Origin: Acholeplasma sp.
GTDB lineage: Bacteria > Bacillota_I > Bacilli_A > Acholeplasmatales > UBA5453
Direction: 5' to 3'
DNA: 41,929 nt
Assembly: GCA_036677365.1 (NCBI GenBank)
Contig: JAVBWN010000002.1
Coordinates: forward strand, 1 to 41,929
The position numbers and the translations under genes were made by a program. The notes beneath the pieces were generated by a model that was not told where the DNA came from, did not search any database, and saw only the letters and a program-made list of their open reading frames with translations. Shown one piece after another: positions 9,193 to 18,266 of the stretch. Positions within the stretch are counted from its first letter, which is position 1, and the number at the start of each line of letters is the position of its first letter.

Positions 9193-10548
9193 ATGACAAA
9201 AAAACTCCAAAAAAATATTTTAATCCTCACGTTCCCGATTTTCATTGAACTGTTGTTTTTCATCTTGATGGGGTCGGTCGATACATTCATGATATCCGGC
9301 TATGAAAAAGCGAATGCATTCGCGGTGGGCAGTGTCGCAGCCGTTGGGAATGCGTCCACTGTCATCAACTTATTTGGGGTTTTGATCAACATCGTCTCTG
9401 CAGGTATTTCCGTGGTTGTCTCACAATACTTAGGTGCGAAAAATGAGGATGGTGCGAAAAAAACCATTTTGACAGGGATTTTGATGCAAGTCCTCATTGG
9501 ATTGCTCATCGCGGCCACACTCCTCATCTTTGGTAATCTGTTATTTAAACTCATCGATACCCCAGTTGAAATTCAAGGGTTATCCTATGATTACTTATTC
9601 TATACCGCGATTTCATTGTTTTTTGTTGCGATATCGAATGCGATTTCCTCCGCACTTAGGGCTTATGGTCATACCCATGAAGTCATGATCACGGTCATCG
9701 CGGCGAATGTCTTCAATATCTTATTCAACTTCATTTTCATTTACGGGTATTTGGGTGCCCCTGAAATGGGTGTGGCTGGTGCGGCAGTGTCCACCATGCT
9801 GATGCGTTTCTTCACCATGCTCATCACATTTGTCTTACTGAAAAAACTCATCGGTTTATCCATCACCAAAATAAGATATGATAGAAGTAGTATGAAGAAA
9901 ATTGTTAAGGTGGGGTTACCCTCTGCTTTAGAAAACATGACCTACAACCTCATGCAATTTGTGATTTTATCCTTTGTGAACAAATTAGGTACGGAAATGA
10001 TTACCGCAAGAACTTATGTCAACACCGTACTGTCTTACATATTTTTATTCTCAGCATCTTTCGCGGCAGGGAATGCCATCATCACAGGGTATTACATTGG
10101 TGAGGAAGATTATGAAGGTGCTTATAAAAACACCCTCAAAACCACCGCCATGGCGATTGGTGTTGTCACCATCGCGACGCTCGCGGTTAACTTGTTGTTA
10201 CCATTGATTGCGAACGCACTCACCGATAACCCACTGATCATTAAAACCATGAGACAAATCTTCTTGTTTGTGATTTTACTGGAAATTGGTCGAAGCCTAA
10301 ATCTAGTCATCATTCAGGCCTTGAGGGCCGCTGGCGATACCACTTTCCCGCTCATCATGGCCATCATCTCGATGTTAGGGATTGGAATCACAGCTTCTTA
10401 CTTATTCACAAATTCGCTCCAATTGGGGTTATTAGGGATCTATCTAGGCATCACCTGCGACGAGTTTTTCAGGGGTGTGACCATGCTCATCCGATGGTTC
10501 AAAAAAGTATGGATGCATAAATCATTAGTCAAGGAGACCGCACAATGA
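9193..10548 (+). CDS. MATE family efflux transporter
   Basis: ~12 TM segments; VDTFM, SQYLGA, LRAYG, MGVAGAAVST, LRAAGDT motifs; ATG 9193 after GAGGT. Confidence 0.92.
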   Translation: MTKKLQKNILILTFPIFIELLFFILMGSVDTFMISGYEKANAFAVGSVAAVGNASTVINLFGVLINIVSAGISVVVSQYLGAKNEDGAKKTILTGILMQVLIGLLIAATLLIFGNLLFKLIDTPVEIQGLSYDYLFYTAISLFFVAISNAISSALRAYGHTHEVMITVIAANVFNILFNFIFIYGYLGAPEMGVAGAAVSTMLMRFFTMLITFVLLKKLIGLSITKIRYDRSSMKKIVKVGLPSALENMTYNLMQFVILSFVNKLGTEMITARTYVNTVLSYIFLFSASFAAGNAIITGYYIGEEDYEGAYKNTLKTTAMAIGVVTIATLAVNLLLPLIANALTDNPLIIKTMRQIFLFVILLEIGRSLNLVIIQALRAAGDTTFPLIMAIISMLGIGITASYLFTNSLQLGLLGIYLGITCDEFFRGVTMLIRWFKKVWMHKSLVKETAQ

Positions 10549-11165
10549 AACCAGTCATCATGGCCGTAGCGGGGGGTTCCGCTTCCGGCAAAACCACCGT
10601 CGTCAATGAAATTCTTTCCAAACTCGATTTGAAAAGCGTCGCCATCATCAAACACGACGACTACTACAAAGCCCAACATGAGATGAGTTTAGAAGAACGT
10701 TACAAGGTGAACTATGACCACCCAAGTTCACTGGACAACGATTTATTGGTCTCTCACATTGAAGCACTCCTAAAAGGAGAAAAGGTTTTAAAACCAGTCT
10801 ATGATTTTGAAACCTATGACCGAAGCACCAAAACGGAAATGGTCGAACCCAAAAAGGTCATCATTTTAGAAGGCATCCTCATTTTGACCGATGAACGAAT
10901 CCGTCAACTTTCAGACATCAAACTATTTGTTGAACTCGACGACGATACCCGTTTCATCAGACGTCTTCAACGAGACATCAAAGAACGTGGTCGAAGTGTT
11001 GAATCGGTCATCAAACAGTATTTGAACACCGTCAAACCCATGCACCATAAATACGTTAAACCAACCAAGCGCTATGCCGATGTCATCATCCCCAATGATT
11101 ATAATCACGGCGTGGCTGTAGACATCATTGTTTCTCGTATTCAAAAAATCTTGGAGGAAAACTAA
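10545..11165 (+). CDS. udk: Uridine kinase
   Basis: AGGSASGKTT P-loop, DDYY, NYDHP, ILEGIL, RRLQRDIKERGR, PTKRYADVIIP. Confidence 0.96.
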   Translation: MKPVIMAVAGGSASGKTTVVNEILSKLDLKSVAIIKHDDYYKAQHEMSLEERYKVNYDHPSSLDNDLLVSHIEALLKGEKVLKPVYDFETYDRSTKTEMVEPKKVIILEGILILTDERIRQLSDIKLFVELDDDTRFIRRLQRDIKERGRSVESVIKQYLNTVKPMHHKYVKPTKRYADVIIPNDYNHGVAVDIIVSRIQKILEEN

Positions 11166-11803
11166 TGATTTTAATCGTTGGCGCGATGGCGTCAGAAACC
11201 GAATCTATTAGCCATTTGGTTCAAAACCCTGACAACTTCACCTTGAATGGAAAAAACGTCGTTACAGGCGAAATACAAGGCCATGCGGTGATGATTATCA
11301 CCACAGGGGTTGGTAAAGTGAACGCCGCTTTTGGATTAACGTCAGTCTTATCTTCTTACGAGGTCGATTACATCATCAATGTCGGGTTGGTCGGTGGCTT
11401 TAAACCGCTGAACCCAGGCGACATGGTATGGGTCAAAGAAGCTTTATATCACGATTTTGATTTATCCATCTTTGGGTATGACAAAGGTCAAGTGCCGCAC
11501 TTACCCACGGTATATAAACCCAACCTGAAAATTCAAAGCCAAATTCAATCCAAACTCCAATTACCAGAAGTCAGATTATACACAGGCGATACCTTCTTAA
11601 CCCAAGTCATCGAAGCCAATACGATTTGTGACATGGAAGGGGCTGCATACTTTCAAGTCGCACACCTCTTGAATGTCCCGATGGTTTCGGTTAAAATCAT
11701 CTCAGATATCGTTGGTGAACCATCTCAGCTTGAAGACTATAGCAGCTTTGAAGCCGCTTGTAGCATCCGTTTTAAATCGCTCATTGAACAATTACTGTCT
11801 TAG
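11165..11803 (+). CDS. mtnN: 5'-methylthioadenosine/S-adenosylhomocysteine nucleosidase
   Basis: IVGAM..E, GVGKVNAA, INVG..GG, YHDFD..FGY..GQVP, TGDTF, DMEGAA, ISD. Confidence 0.88.
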   Translation: MILIVGAMASETESISHLVQNPDNFTLNGKNVVTGEIQGHAVMIITTGVGKVNAAFGLTSVLSSYEVDYIINVGLVGGFKPLNPGDMVWVKEALYHDFDLSIFGYDKGQVPHLPTVYKPNLKIQSQIQSKLQLPEVRLYTGDTFLTQVIEANTICDMEGAAYFQVAHLLNVPMVSVKIISDIVGEPSQLEDYSSFEAACSIRFKSLIEQLLS

Positions 11804-11814
11804 GAGGTAATGAT

Positions 11815-12360
11815 ATGAAAGGGTTACTTATTTTATCGGATCATTGTGAAGACACAGAAGCACTATCGACCAGAGCCTTATTAAAAAGAGCTCAAATTGA
11901 AGTCGATACGGTAACCATCAACCCAAACAAACAAATCGTCACAGGGTATGGGTTACACGTTTTGGTGGATTATCATAAGGATGACATCGATGTCGATGAT
12001 TATGATTTTTTAATCGTCCCGGGTGGTAAATATGTCGCACAAATCATCGATCAAGATACCTATATCAAGTCCACAGTGAAAGCTTTTGAAATGAATCAAA
12101 AACTCATCTGTGCGATTTGTGCAGGACCCCGTTTTTTAGGTACGATGGGGGTCTTAAAAAACAAGCATTATACGATTTATCCAGGCAATCAAAACGAGGC
12201 TTTTGGTGGGGTGTATCACCCTGAACTTAAAGCGGTCACGGACGGCCTTGTTATCACAGCAAGAGGCGCTGGTGCTACCCTCGATTTTGCCTATGAAATC
12301 ATCCAGTTTATACAGGGTGAAGCAGCCGCTAAAAAGATCCTCCAAAACATCGCATATTAA
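11815..12360 (+). CDS. DJ-1/PfpI (YajL/ThiJ-like) family protein
   Basis: EDTE, LIVPGG, AICAGP catalytic Cys, ITARGAG. Confidence 0.9.
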   Translation: MKGLLILSDHCEDTEALSTRALLKRAQIEVDTVTINPNKQIVTGYGLHVLVDYHKDDIDVDDYDFLIVPGGKYVAQIIDQDTYIKSTVKAFEMNQKLICAICAGPRFLGTMGVLKNKHYTIYPGNQNEAFGGVYHPELKAVTDGLVITARGAGATLDFAYEIIQFIQGEAAAKKILQNIAY

Positions 12361-12385
12361 TTTGAATTAATATGTATAATTTATA

Positions 12386-12413
12386 TTGACAAACGCATTT
12401 TTATTGGTATAAT
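12386..12413 (+). promoter_or_regulatory. SigA promoter of tRNA cluster
   Basis: TTGACA, 16 bp spacer, TATAAT with TG extension. Confidence 0.85.
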
Positions 12414-12436
12414 AGTAAATGCGCTTGTTTAAATGT

Positions 12437-12512
12437 GGCCCGTTGGAGAAACGGTTAACTCACATGCCTTTCACGCATGCATTCACGGGTTCGAATCCCG
12501 TACGGGTCACCA
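12437..12512 (+). tRNA. tRNA-Glu (TTC)
   Basis: GGCCCGT/ACGGGTC stem, CATGC-CTTTCAC-GCATG anticodon arm, CCA. Confidence 0.96.
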
Positions 12513-12519
12513 AAAAGTT

Positions 12520-12596
12520 GTACTCATAGCTCAATTGGATAGAGCGCTTGACTACGGATCAAGAGGTTGGGGGTTCAAGTCCTCCTGGGTACGCCA
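12520..12596 (+). tRNA. tRNA-Arg (ACG)
   Basis: GTACTCA/TGGGTAC stem, CTTGA-CTACGGA-TCAAG, CCA. Confidence 0.96.
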
Positions 12597-12604
12597 TATT
12601 TAAT

Positions 12605-12681
12605 CGGGAAGTAGCTTAGCTTGGTAGAGCGCCTGGCTTGGGACCAGGAGGTCGCAGGTTCAAATCCTGTCTTCCCGACCA
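12605..12681 (+). tRNA. tRNA-Pro (TGG)
   Basis: CGGGAAG/CTTCCCG stem, CCTGG-CTTGGGA-CCAGG, CCA. Confidence 0.96.
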
Positions 12682-12686
12682 TTTTT

Positions 12687-12760
12687 GCGGGTGTAGTTCA
12701 ATGGTAGAACCCCAGCCTTCCAAGCTGATGACGTCGGTTCGATCCCGATCACCCGCTCCA
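12687..12760 (+). tRNA. tRNA-Gly (TCC)
   Basis: GCGGGTG/CACCCGC stem, CAGC-CTTCCAA-GCTG, CCA. Confidence 0.96.
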
Positions 12761-12770
12761 ATGAAAATAT

Positions 12771-12799
12771 AAAATCACCAAAATAGGGTGATTTTTTTT
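12771..12799 (+). terminator. Intrinsic terminator of tRNA cluster
   Basis: AAAATCACC-aaaatag-GGTGATTTT plus T tract. Confidence 0.8.
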
Positions 12800-12841
12800 C
12801 TGTCTTAAATGTTATAATAACTCATAGTAAGGGGATTTCCT

Positions 12842-13681
12842 ATGAAAGTTATTTGTAATCAAACCAGACTTCAAACAACCTATTTAAGTTGGCTTGTCAT
12901 CATCAATATCATTGTTTTAACCGCTGGGTGGGTCCATCAAGGTTGGCTTGGTTTTGGTTCCTCGATTTTGATCAACATGGGCATTAATTTGTTGATATTG
13001 AAATCATACCGAAATAAACTTAAAAAGAACCGAGACCACGTCAGCATCAACATGGGAGCGTTCAAACATACCAAACCCAAAAGTTATTATGAAATTCCAC
13101 TCGTGGATATTGAACATTTTTTTGTAAAACCACACCCAAAGAAAAAACGTACACAACGAATCATCCATGTGGTATTCAATCGAAACCATTCGTATGATTT
13201 TGTTATAGATCGCAGTCAATTGTTGAAACTAGAAACAGTGGTAAGAAGACCACTGAATTATTCACTGATGCCAAAGAAAACCACGCATGGGTTACCTAAA
13301 CAACGACGTTTCATTTGGTTTCAAGTGCTTGGGTCATTGATTGGTGTGGGTTTAACCGCTATTGGGATTCTACTATATAACCATACCAATAACATCACCC
13401 TCAATGGCATCATGGTAGGTTTAATCGTTATTTACGCGCTTATTCATTTTTCTTCGTTTTTAGATCAAGCCGACCCATGGCACGTTAAGCTGTCTCAAAG
13501 TATTATCGGTATGGTGATCTATGTTCTTATTGTTTTTTCAGTCATCACGGTGTTTTCAAACTTCATCTTAGAAAACCCATTTTCGATGGTTTATATGATG
13601 TATGCCATTTACGCACTGTCTTCATTTGTCGTGGTGGTTTTGATTCTCATGGCATCTCTTTATATCTTGTCTTACGCTTAG
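12842..13681 (+). CDS. Hypothetical integral membrane protein
   Basis: Two N-terminal TM segments, basic soluble region, ~4 C-terminal TM segments; RBS AAGGGG. Confidence 0.7.
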   Translation: MKVICNQTRLQTTYLSWLVIINIIVLTAGWVHQGWLGFGSSILINMGINLLILKSYRNKLKKNRDHVSINMGAFKHTKPKSYYEIPLVDIEHFFVKPHPKKKRTQRIIHVVFNRNHSYDFVIDRSQLLKLETVVRRPLNYSLMPKKTTHGLPKQRRFIWFQVLGSLIGVGLTAIGILLYNHTNNITLNGIMVGLIVIYALIHFSSFLDQADPWHVKLSQSIIGMVIYVLIVFSVITVFSNFILENPFSMVYMMYAIYALSSFVVVVLILMASLYILSYA

Positions 13682-13692
13682 GAGGTCATACC

Positions 13693-14439
13693 ATGCCGTA
13701 TCCAATACTGGAATTTGATGATCATGATGATGTGTTCATTCGCCCCCATTGTGATGTCAGCCATTTACCAAAAGTCGAGAATCTTGTCATCACCTTTTTT
13801 AAAGAAGTGGTGGACGAATTGCTTGAAAACAAAGCCATCGAAGTTTATATGAACTTAAAGGGTGAAAACAGCTATACTTTTTATAAGTTTATCGATGAAC
13901 CAACGCTTGTTTTTCATGGTGGTATTGGGGGGCCTTTGTGTGGTGGGATGATGGAAGAAGCCATCGCTATGGGTGTTAAACGCATCCTATTTTGTGGCGG
14001 CGGTGGTATTTTGAAACCCATGCCAGTGGGTCACTGTATCGTCATTCATAGTGCCATCCGTGATGAAGGTACAAGCTATCATTACGCCAAACCATCACGA
14101 GAAATCGCTGTGGATCCAGTGGTAGTAAAATCCATTGAAGCGGGTTTAAATCGCTTAGGTGTGCCACATGTCGTGGGTAAAACATGGACAACAGACGCCT
14201 TTTACCGAGAAACCAAAGACCGGGTTAAACGTAGACAAAATGAAGGTGCGATTCTAGTTGAAATGGAACAGGCATCATTGATCGCGATTGCGCAATTTAG
14301 AAAAGTCAAATACGGTGCGATTGTGTATGCTGGCGATGACCTCACCAGCGATGTCTGGGATTCCCGTTCGTGGCAATCCCGTCAAAGTGTACGAAGTCGT
14401 TTGGTACTCATTTGTAAAGAACTCGTGAGAGACCTCTAG
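13693..14439 (+). CDS. Nucleoside phosphorylase (PNP/UDP family)
   Basis: GIGGP, AIRDEGTSYHY, TWTTDAFYRET, VEMEQA. Confidence 0.9.
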   Translation: MPYPILEFDDHDDVFIRPHCDVSHLPKVENLVITFFKEVVDELLENKAIEVYMNLKGENSYTFYKFIDEPTLVFHGGIGGPLCGGMMEEAIAMGVKRILFCGGGGILKPMPVGHCIVIHSAIRDEGTSYHYAKPSREIAVDPVVVKSIEAGLNRLGVPHVVGKTWTTDAFYRETKDRVKRRQNEGAILVEMEQASLIAIAQFRKVKYGAIVYAGDDLTSDVWDSRSWQSRQSVRSRLVLICKELVRDL

Positions 14440-14491
14440 GCGAATGCTTTTGGATTTGTTATAATGAAGTGGGTCTTAAGGGGTGGAAACC

Positions 14492-15025
14492 ATGGCTGTA
14501 CAAGAAGTCCATAAATTTGAATTGTTCGATGCCTATGACATCGATGAGAATAAACTGAACATCGATATGGTGCGCGGTGAATCACACCCAGAAGGTCAAT
14601 ACCACATCGTGATTGAAATCATCACGATGAATGAACAAGGACAAATCCTTTTAACCAAGCGTCACCCAAAAAAAGTTTTTGGGAACTATTGGGAGATTAC
14701 GGGCGGGTCCGTCTTAAAGGGTGAAGATGTCTTATCAGGTGCAGTTCGTGAACTAGAAGAAGAAACAGGATTAAGAGCAGATAAGAATAATTTCATACCG
14801 ATTTTTAGAGAAGTATTTTATGACGGTATTTTCAAAGGATTCTTCCATCAGATAGATACGGCAAACCAACATTTCAAGATTCAAGATGAAGAAATCATCG
14901 ATTATCAATGGATTTCGAAGTGCGATTTCATTGAGTTTATTTGTAAAGACCATTTTGTGCCTCATTCGAAAAATCGTATTTTACGCGCATGGGCTGTTTT
15001 AGAACCACTCATCTTTTGTGAATAG
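14492..15025 (+). CDS. NUDIX hydrolase
   Basis: Nudix box GGSVLKGEDVLSGAVRELEEETGL; start ATG 14492 or GTG 14483. Confidence 0.9.
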   Translation: MAVQEVHKFELFDAYDIDENKLNIDMVRGESHPEGQYHIVIEIITMNEQGQILLTKRHPKKVFGNYWEITGGSVLKGEDVLSGAVRELEEETGLRADKNNFIPIFREVFYDGIFKGFFHQIDTANQHFKIQDEEIIDYQWISKCDFIEFICKDHFVPHSKNRILRAWAVLEPLIFCE

Positions 15026-15143
15026 CATTTGGCACACATAGTGTGCCATTTATTTTTTAAAGCGATTCTCACTAAAAAACACCGTATTTATTTGATTTAT
15101 AGGCGTTTTTATGACAAAATTATTATAAACAGGAGGTCATATT

Positions 15144-15818
15144 ATGCAAGAATTTATTCAAACAAACGGCATTTATATTCTCATCGGATTGGTATTGGTA
15201 TTCGTGGTCGTGACTTTTTTATTGTCACGTAAACCCGAAAAACAAGATAAACCGGTAGAAATTCAAAAACAAAGTGAACCCGTGGCACCTGCCCCAGTTG
15301 AAGAACAACCCGCCATCGCAGAAGCAGTGGTAGAAACACCAGTTATGGCTGTAAAACCAGAACCTGAAGTTAAGACAGAGCCTGTGGTTGAAACGAAACC
15401 TGAGCCTGTGGTTGAAGCTAAACCAGAACCTGTGGTTGAAACAAAACCAGAACCTGTCGTTGAAGCTAAACCAGAACCAAAACCGAAAGTCGCGAAACCA
15501 AAAGCAGAAGTCAAAAAAGAACCGGTAAAAGAAACACCAAAACCGGAAGATTTGGATGAAGATGCGGATGAAGAAGCCGCGCTCAAACGTGTGGTAAAAA
15601 ACCCTAAATACCACATTTCTATGAATAAGGACGAAACCAGTCCATATTTCAAGAAATGGCGTGTGCGTAAAGAAGGTTCAACCAAAACCATCAAGTATTT
15701 TGATACCCAAAAAGAAGCCATTGAATTCGCACAAGGTTTGGCAGAAAAAGCCAACACAAGCGTGGTTATTCATAAAGTAGATGGGTCGATTCGTAAACAA
15801 GATTATTCTAAAAAATAG
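15144..15818 (+). CDS. Membrane-anchored protein with Pro/Glu/Lys-rich linker and C-terminal DUF2188-like domain
   Basis: N-terminal TM; EPVVE[TA]KP repeats; W.VRKEGS....FDTQKEAIEFA..VVIHKVDG; RBS AGGAGG. Confidence 0.78.
   Translation: MQEFIQTNGIYILIGLVLVFVVVTFLLSRKPEKQDKPVEIQKQSEPVAPAPVEEQPAIAEAVVETPVMAVKPEPEVKTEPVVETKPEPVVEAKPEPVVETKPEPVVEAKPEPKPKVAKPKAEVKKEPVKETPKPEDLDEDADEEAALKRVVKNPKYHISMNKDETSPYFKKWRVRKEGSTKTIKYFDTQKEAIEFAQGLAEKANTSVVIHKVDGSIRKQDYSKK
15378..15473 (+). repeat. Coding tandem repeat, 4 x 24 bp (EPVVE[T/A]KP)
   Basis: GARCCTGTSGTTGAARCNAAACCW repeated four times in frame. Confidence 0.9.
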
Positions 15819-15868
15819 TAGCACAAAAAGCACGTAATGACGTGCTTTTTATCAATAAGGAGATAAAG

Positions 15869-16348
15869 ATGGAAACATTCATCGTATTTATAGTGTTGGG
15901 TTTATTCGTTGTTTTAACCGTATCCCTCAGCTTCATCCCATCCGATGGGTTTGGTGTGTTAGAACAAATGGGTAAAATCCATGAAATCTATAAAGAACCT
16001 GGCCTTCATTTCGTGATGCCTGGATTTCAAAAGATGTATTTGTATCAAAGGGAAACTACCCTCAATTTTGACCGTTTGTTACTCGCACCGGACAATGGAA
16101 TGTTATTTAAGGTCACTTTAACCATCAGTCTTGTGATTACCGACATTGAAGCTTACCATAAAGCCGTTAAACACATGTCACTTCACCACGATTTGCTCAA
16201 ACAAATGGAAAAATTCGTCGAAACTTGCGCGTGGTCTGCACAGTCCATCCGTGCAGATTTAAATGAGTATTTGGTAGAACTCTTCACCAAAAATACCTAC
16301 CCATTCGCCGTATCGAACATCGATGTGCACGAATTAGAACAAGCTTAA
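15869..16348 (+). CDS. SPFH/band-7-like membrane protein (short, divergent)
   Basis: N-terminal TM then GVLEQMGK...EPGLHFVMP; ATG 15869 after AAGGAG. Confidence 0.62.
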   Translation: METFIVFIVLGLFVVLTVSLSFIPSDGFGVLEQMGKIHEIYKEPGLHFVMPGFQKMYLYQRETTLNFDRLLLAPDNGMLFKVTLTISLVITDIEAYHKAVKHMSLHHDLLKQMEKFVETCAWSAQSIRADLNEYLVELFTKNTYPFAVSNIDVHELEQA

Positions 16349-16392
16349 CCAGTCCAATCGACTGGTTTTTCTTTTTTAAGCAAATCGCATGA

Positions 16393-16409
16393 TATTTCGA
16401 ATTCGAAAT
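16393..16409. promoter_or_regulatory. Palindromic operator (MarR/MhqR-like box)
   Basis: Perfect 16-bp palindrome ATTTCGAATTCGAAAT (16394-16409) ~25 bp upstream of the LLM gene. Confidence 0.55.
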
Positions 16410-16434
16410 GATATCATGTTTATGAGGTGATGTT

Positions 16435-17487
16435 ATGTCAAAATTCGAACTTGGAATCACAACATTCGCAGAAGTGATGCCAGATTTAAAAACAGGAAAA
16501 ACCATATCATACGACGAACGAATCAATCAACTCATCGATGAGATAGTGCTCGCTGACCAAGTTGGTTTGGATTATTATGGGATTGGTGAACACCACAGAA
16601 AAGACTTCGCCGCGTCTGCACCCCATACCATTTTGGCTGGGGCAGCGCGTTTAACGAAGCACATTAAATTGGGTTCTGCAGTTACCGTATTGTCCTCAGA
16701 AGACCCCGTGCGTGTCTATCAAAATTTCGCAACACTGAACGCGTTATCAAGAGGCAGAGCAGAAATCATGGCTGGTCGAGGTTCATTCATCGAATCCTTC
16801 CCATTGTTTGGTTATGATTTAAATCAATATGACCGTTTGTTTTCTGAAAAACTCGATTTACTCCTACAAATTAGAGACCATGAAATCGTCTCATTTGAAG
16901 GGAGCACTAGAGCCGAAATAGATCACTTAGGGGTTTACCCAAGAACCCAATACCCACTGCCAATTCAAGTGGCTGTTGGTGGGACACCAGCATCCGTCGT
17001 CCGTGCCGCGAACTACGGGCTACCGCTATTTCTTGCCATCATTGGTGGCTATCCAAGGATGTTTTCACCGCTGGTGGACTTGTATAGGAAAACTTACAAA
17101 GAACGTGGTTATGACCCAAAAGACATGCATATATCGGTCCATTCCCATGGGTATATCGCAGAATCTCATGAGGATGCGGTGGAAACGTATTTCCCATCGA
17201 TCAAACAGGCGATGGACATCATCGGTAAAGAACGTGGCTGGTCTACGTACACAAGACAAACCTATGATGCCAGTCGTTCTATAGAGGGGGCTTTATTTGT
17301 AGGTGACCCTGAGTATGTTGCGAAGAAGATACTTCATTTAAGAAAAACATTGGGGATCAACCGTTTCGCATTACACGTACCTGTGGGACAACTTGACCAT
17401 GATAAGGTAATGAAAACCATTGAATTATTAGGTACGAAAGTTAAACCCATCATTGAGGCGGCGATTGCTTTAGAAAATAAAGTATAA
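16435..17487 (+). CDS. LLM-class flavin-dependent oxidoreductase (luciferase-like monooxygenase)
   Basis: GIGEHHR, LGSAVTVLSSEDPVRV, GRAEIMAGRGSFIESFPLFG. Confidence 0.93.
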   Translation: MSKFELGITTFAEVMPDLKTGKTISYDERINQLIDEIVLADQVGLDYYGIGEHHRKDFAASAPHTILAGAARLTKHIKLGSAVTVLSSEDPVRVYQNFATLNALSRGRAEIMAGRGSFIESFPLFGYDLNQYDRLFSEKLDLLLQIRDHEIVSFEGSTRAEIDHLGVYPRTQYPLPIQVAVGGTPASVVRAANYGLPLFLAIIGGYPRMFSPLVDLYRKTYKERGYDPKDMHISVHSHGYIAESHEDAVETYFPSIKQAMDIIGKERGWSTYTRQTYDASRSIEGALFVGDPEYVAKKILHLRKTLGINRFALHVPVGQLDHDKVMKTIELLGTKVKPIIEAAIALENKV

Positions 17488-17529
17488 TTTAGTTGAAAAA
17501 TGACGTATAATGACTTTGAGGTGATGTTT

Positions 17530-18102
17530 ATGAAGTCTTATACGCAAATACCTGAGGGTTATACCTTGAGTTACGATTTACATCTATTGAAAAACAAACG
17601 TGTCTTTGTGTTATTGAATGTACTCTCATTTGTTTTGATCGTACCTTTACTACCCGGTGTTTTGTTTTTTGATTTTACAACACTTGAAATACCCCACTTG
17701 ATGGTATTCATTGTTATGATGGTACTGAGTGTGGTTATTCATGAGTTGATTCACGCGTTCTTTTTTCACCGATTTAGTGGAACGAAAGTGAAATTTCAGT
17801 TTCATGGCTGGGCTGCGAGCGCATCCACGCCAGGCATTTATTACAGAAAAAAATATTATCTCATCATCGGTTTAGCGCCAGCAGTCATCCTCAACCCTAT
17901 ATTGCTTCTTTTGGCGCTTTTATTACCAGCCCCCTATAATCTCGTTAGCTACTTAACACTCATGGTCCATTTCTCTGGTTGTGTTGGTGACTTCTATGTT
18001 ACGTGGATCATGCGAAAGTACCCTGAAGATATGTATGCAGAAGATACAGGCATTGGGATGCGTTTCTACGAAAAAACAAATACAGATATTGACTTTGACT
18101 AA
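17530..18102 (+). CDS. DUF3267-like membrane metalloprotease (putative zincin)
   Basis: HELIH motif at end of TM, LAP, GCVGDF; ATG 17530 after GAGGTG. Confidence 0.8.
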   Translation: MKSYTQIPEGYTLSYDLHLLKNKRVFVLLNVLSFVLIVPLLPGVLFFDFTTLEIPHLMVFIVMMVLSVVIHELIHAFFFHRFSGTKVKFQFHGWAASASTPGIYYRKKYYLIIGLAPAVILNPILLLLALLLPAPYNLVSYLTLMVHFSGCVGDFYVTWIMRKYPEDMYAEDTGIGMRFYEKTNTDIDFD

Positions 18103-18137
18103 CTTAATTATAAAAATTGGGTTTTAAGTGATATCAT

Positions 18138-18166
18138 TTGAATTTTCGTTTCGAAGCATGTACAAT
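18138..18166 (+). promoter_or_regulatory. SigA-type promoter
   Basis: TTGAAT, 17 bp spacer, TACAAT. Confidence 0.6.
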
Positions 18167-18220
18167 AGAGCCAATCCGATGATAGATAGCCTGCAAACTT
18201 ATGTCATCAAAATCACAAAG

Positions 18221-18251
18221 ATACCATGACGCAGACATGGTATTCTTTTTT
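18221..18251 (+). terminator. Terminator hairpin within 5' leader (candidate attenuator)
   Basis: ATACCATG-acgcaga-CATGGTAT plus TCTTTTTT immediately before RBS AAGGAG. Confidence 0.6.
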
Positions 18252-18266
18252 AAGGAGAGTCTATAT

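Noticed and set aside
12437-12799. tRNA cluster as an integration site
   Set aside because: No integrase and no duplicated tRNA 3' end seen downstream
15225-15757. Two long antisense ORFs (129 and 164 aa)
   Set aside because: Shadows of the repeat-rich sense gene; no RBS or recognisable motif
18191-18235. c-di-GMP-I riboswitch-like words GCAAAC...GACGCA
   Set aside because: Lacks the GNRA-capped P2 stem and the P3 receptor arm; likely coincidental
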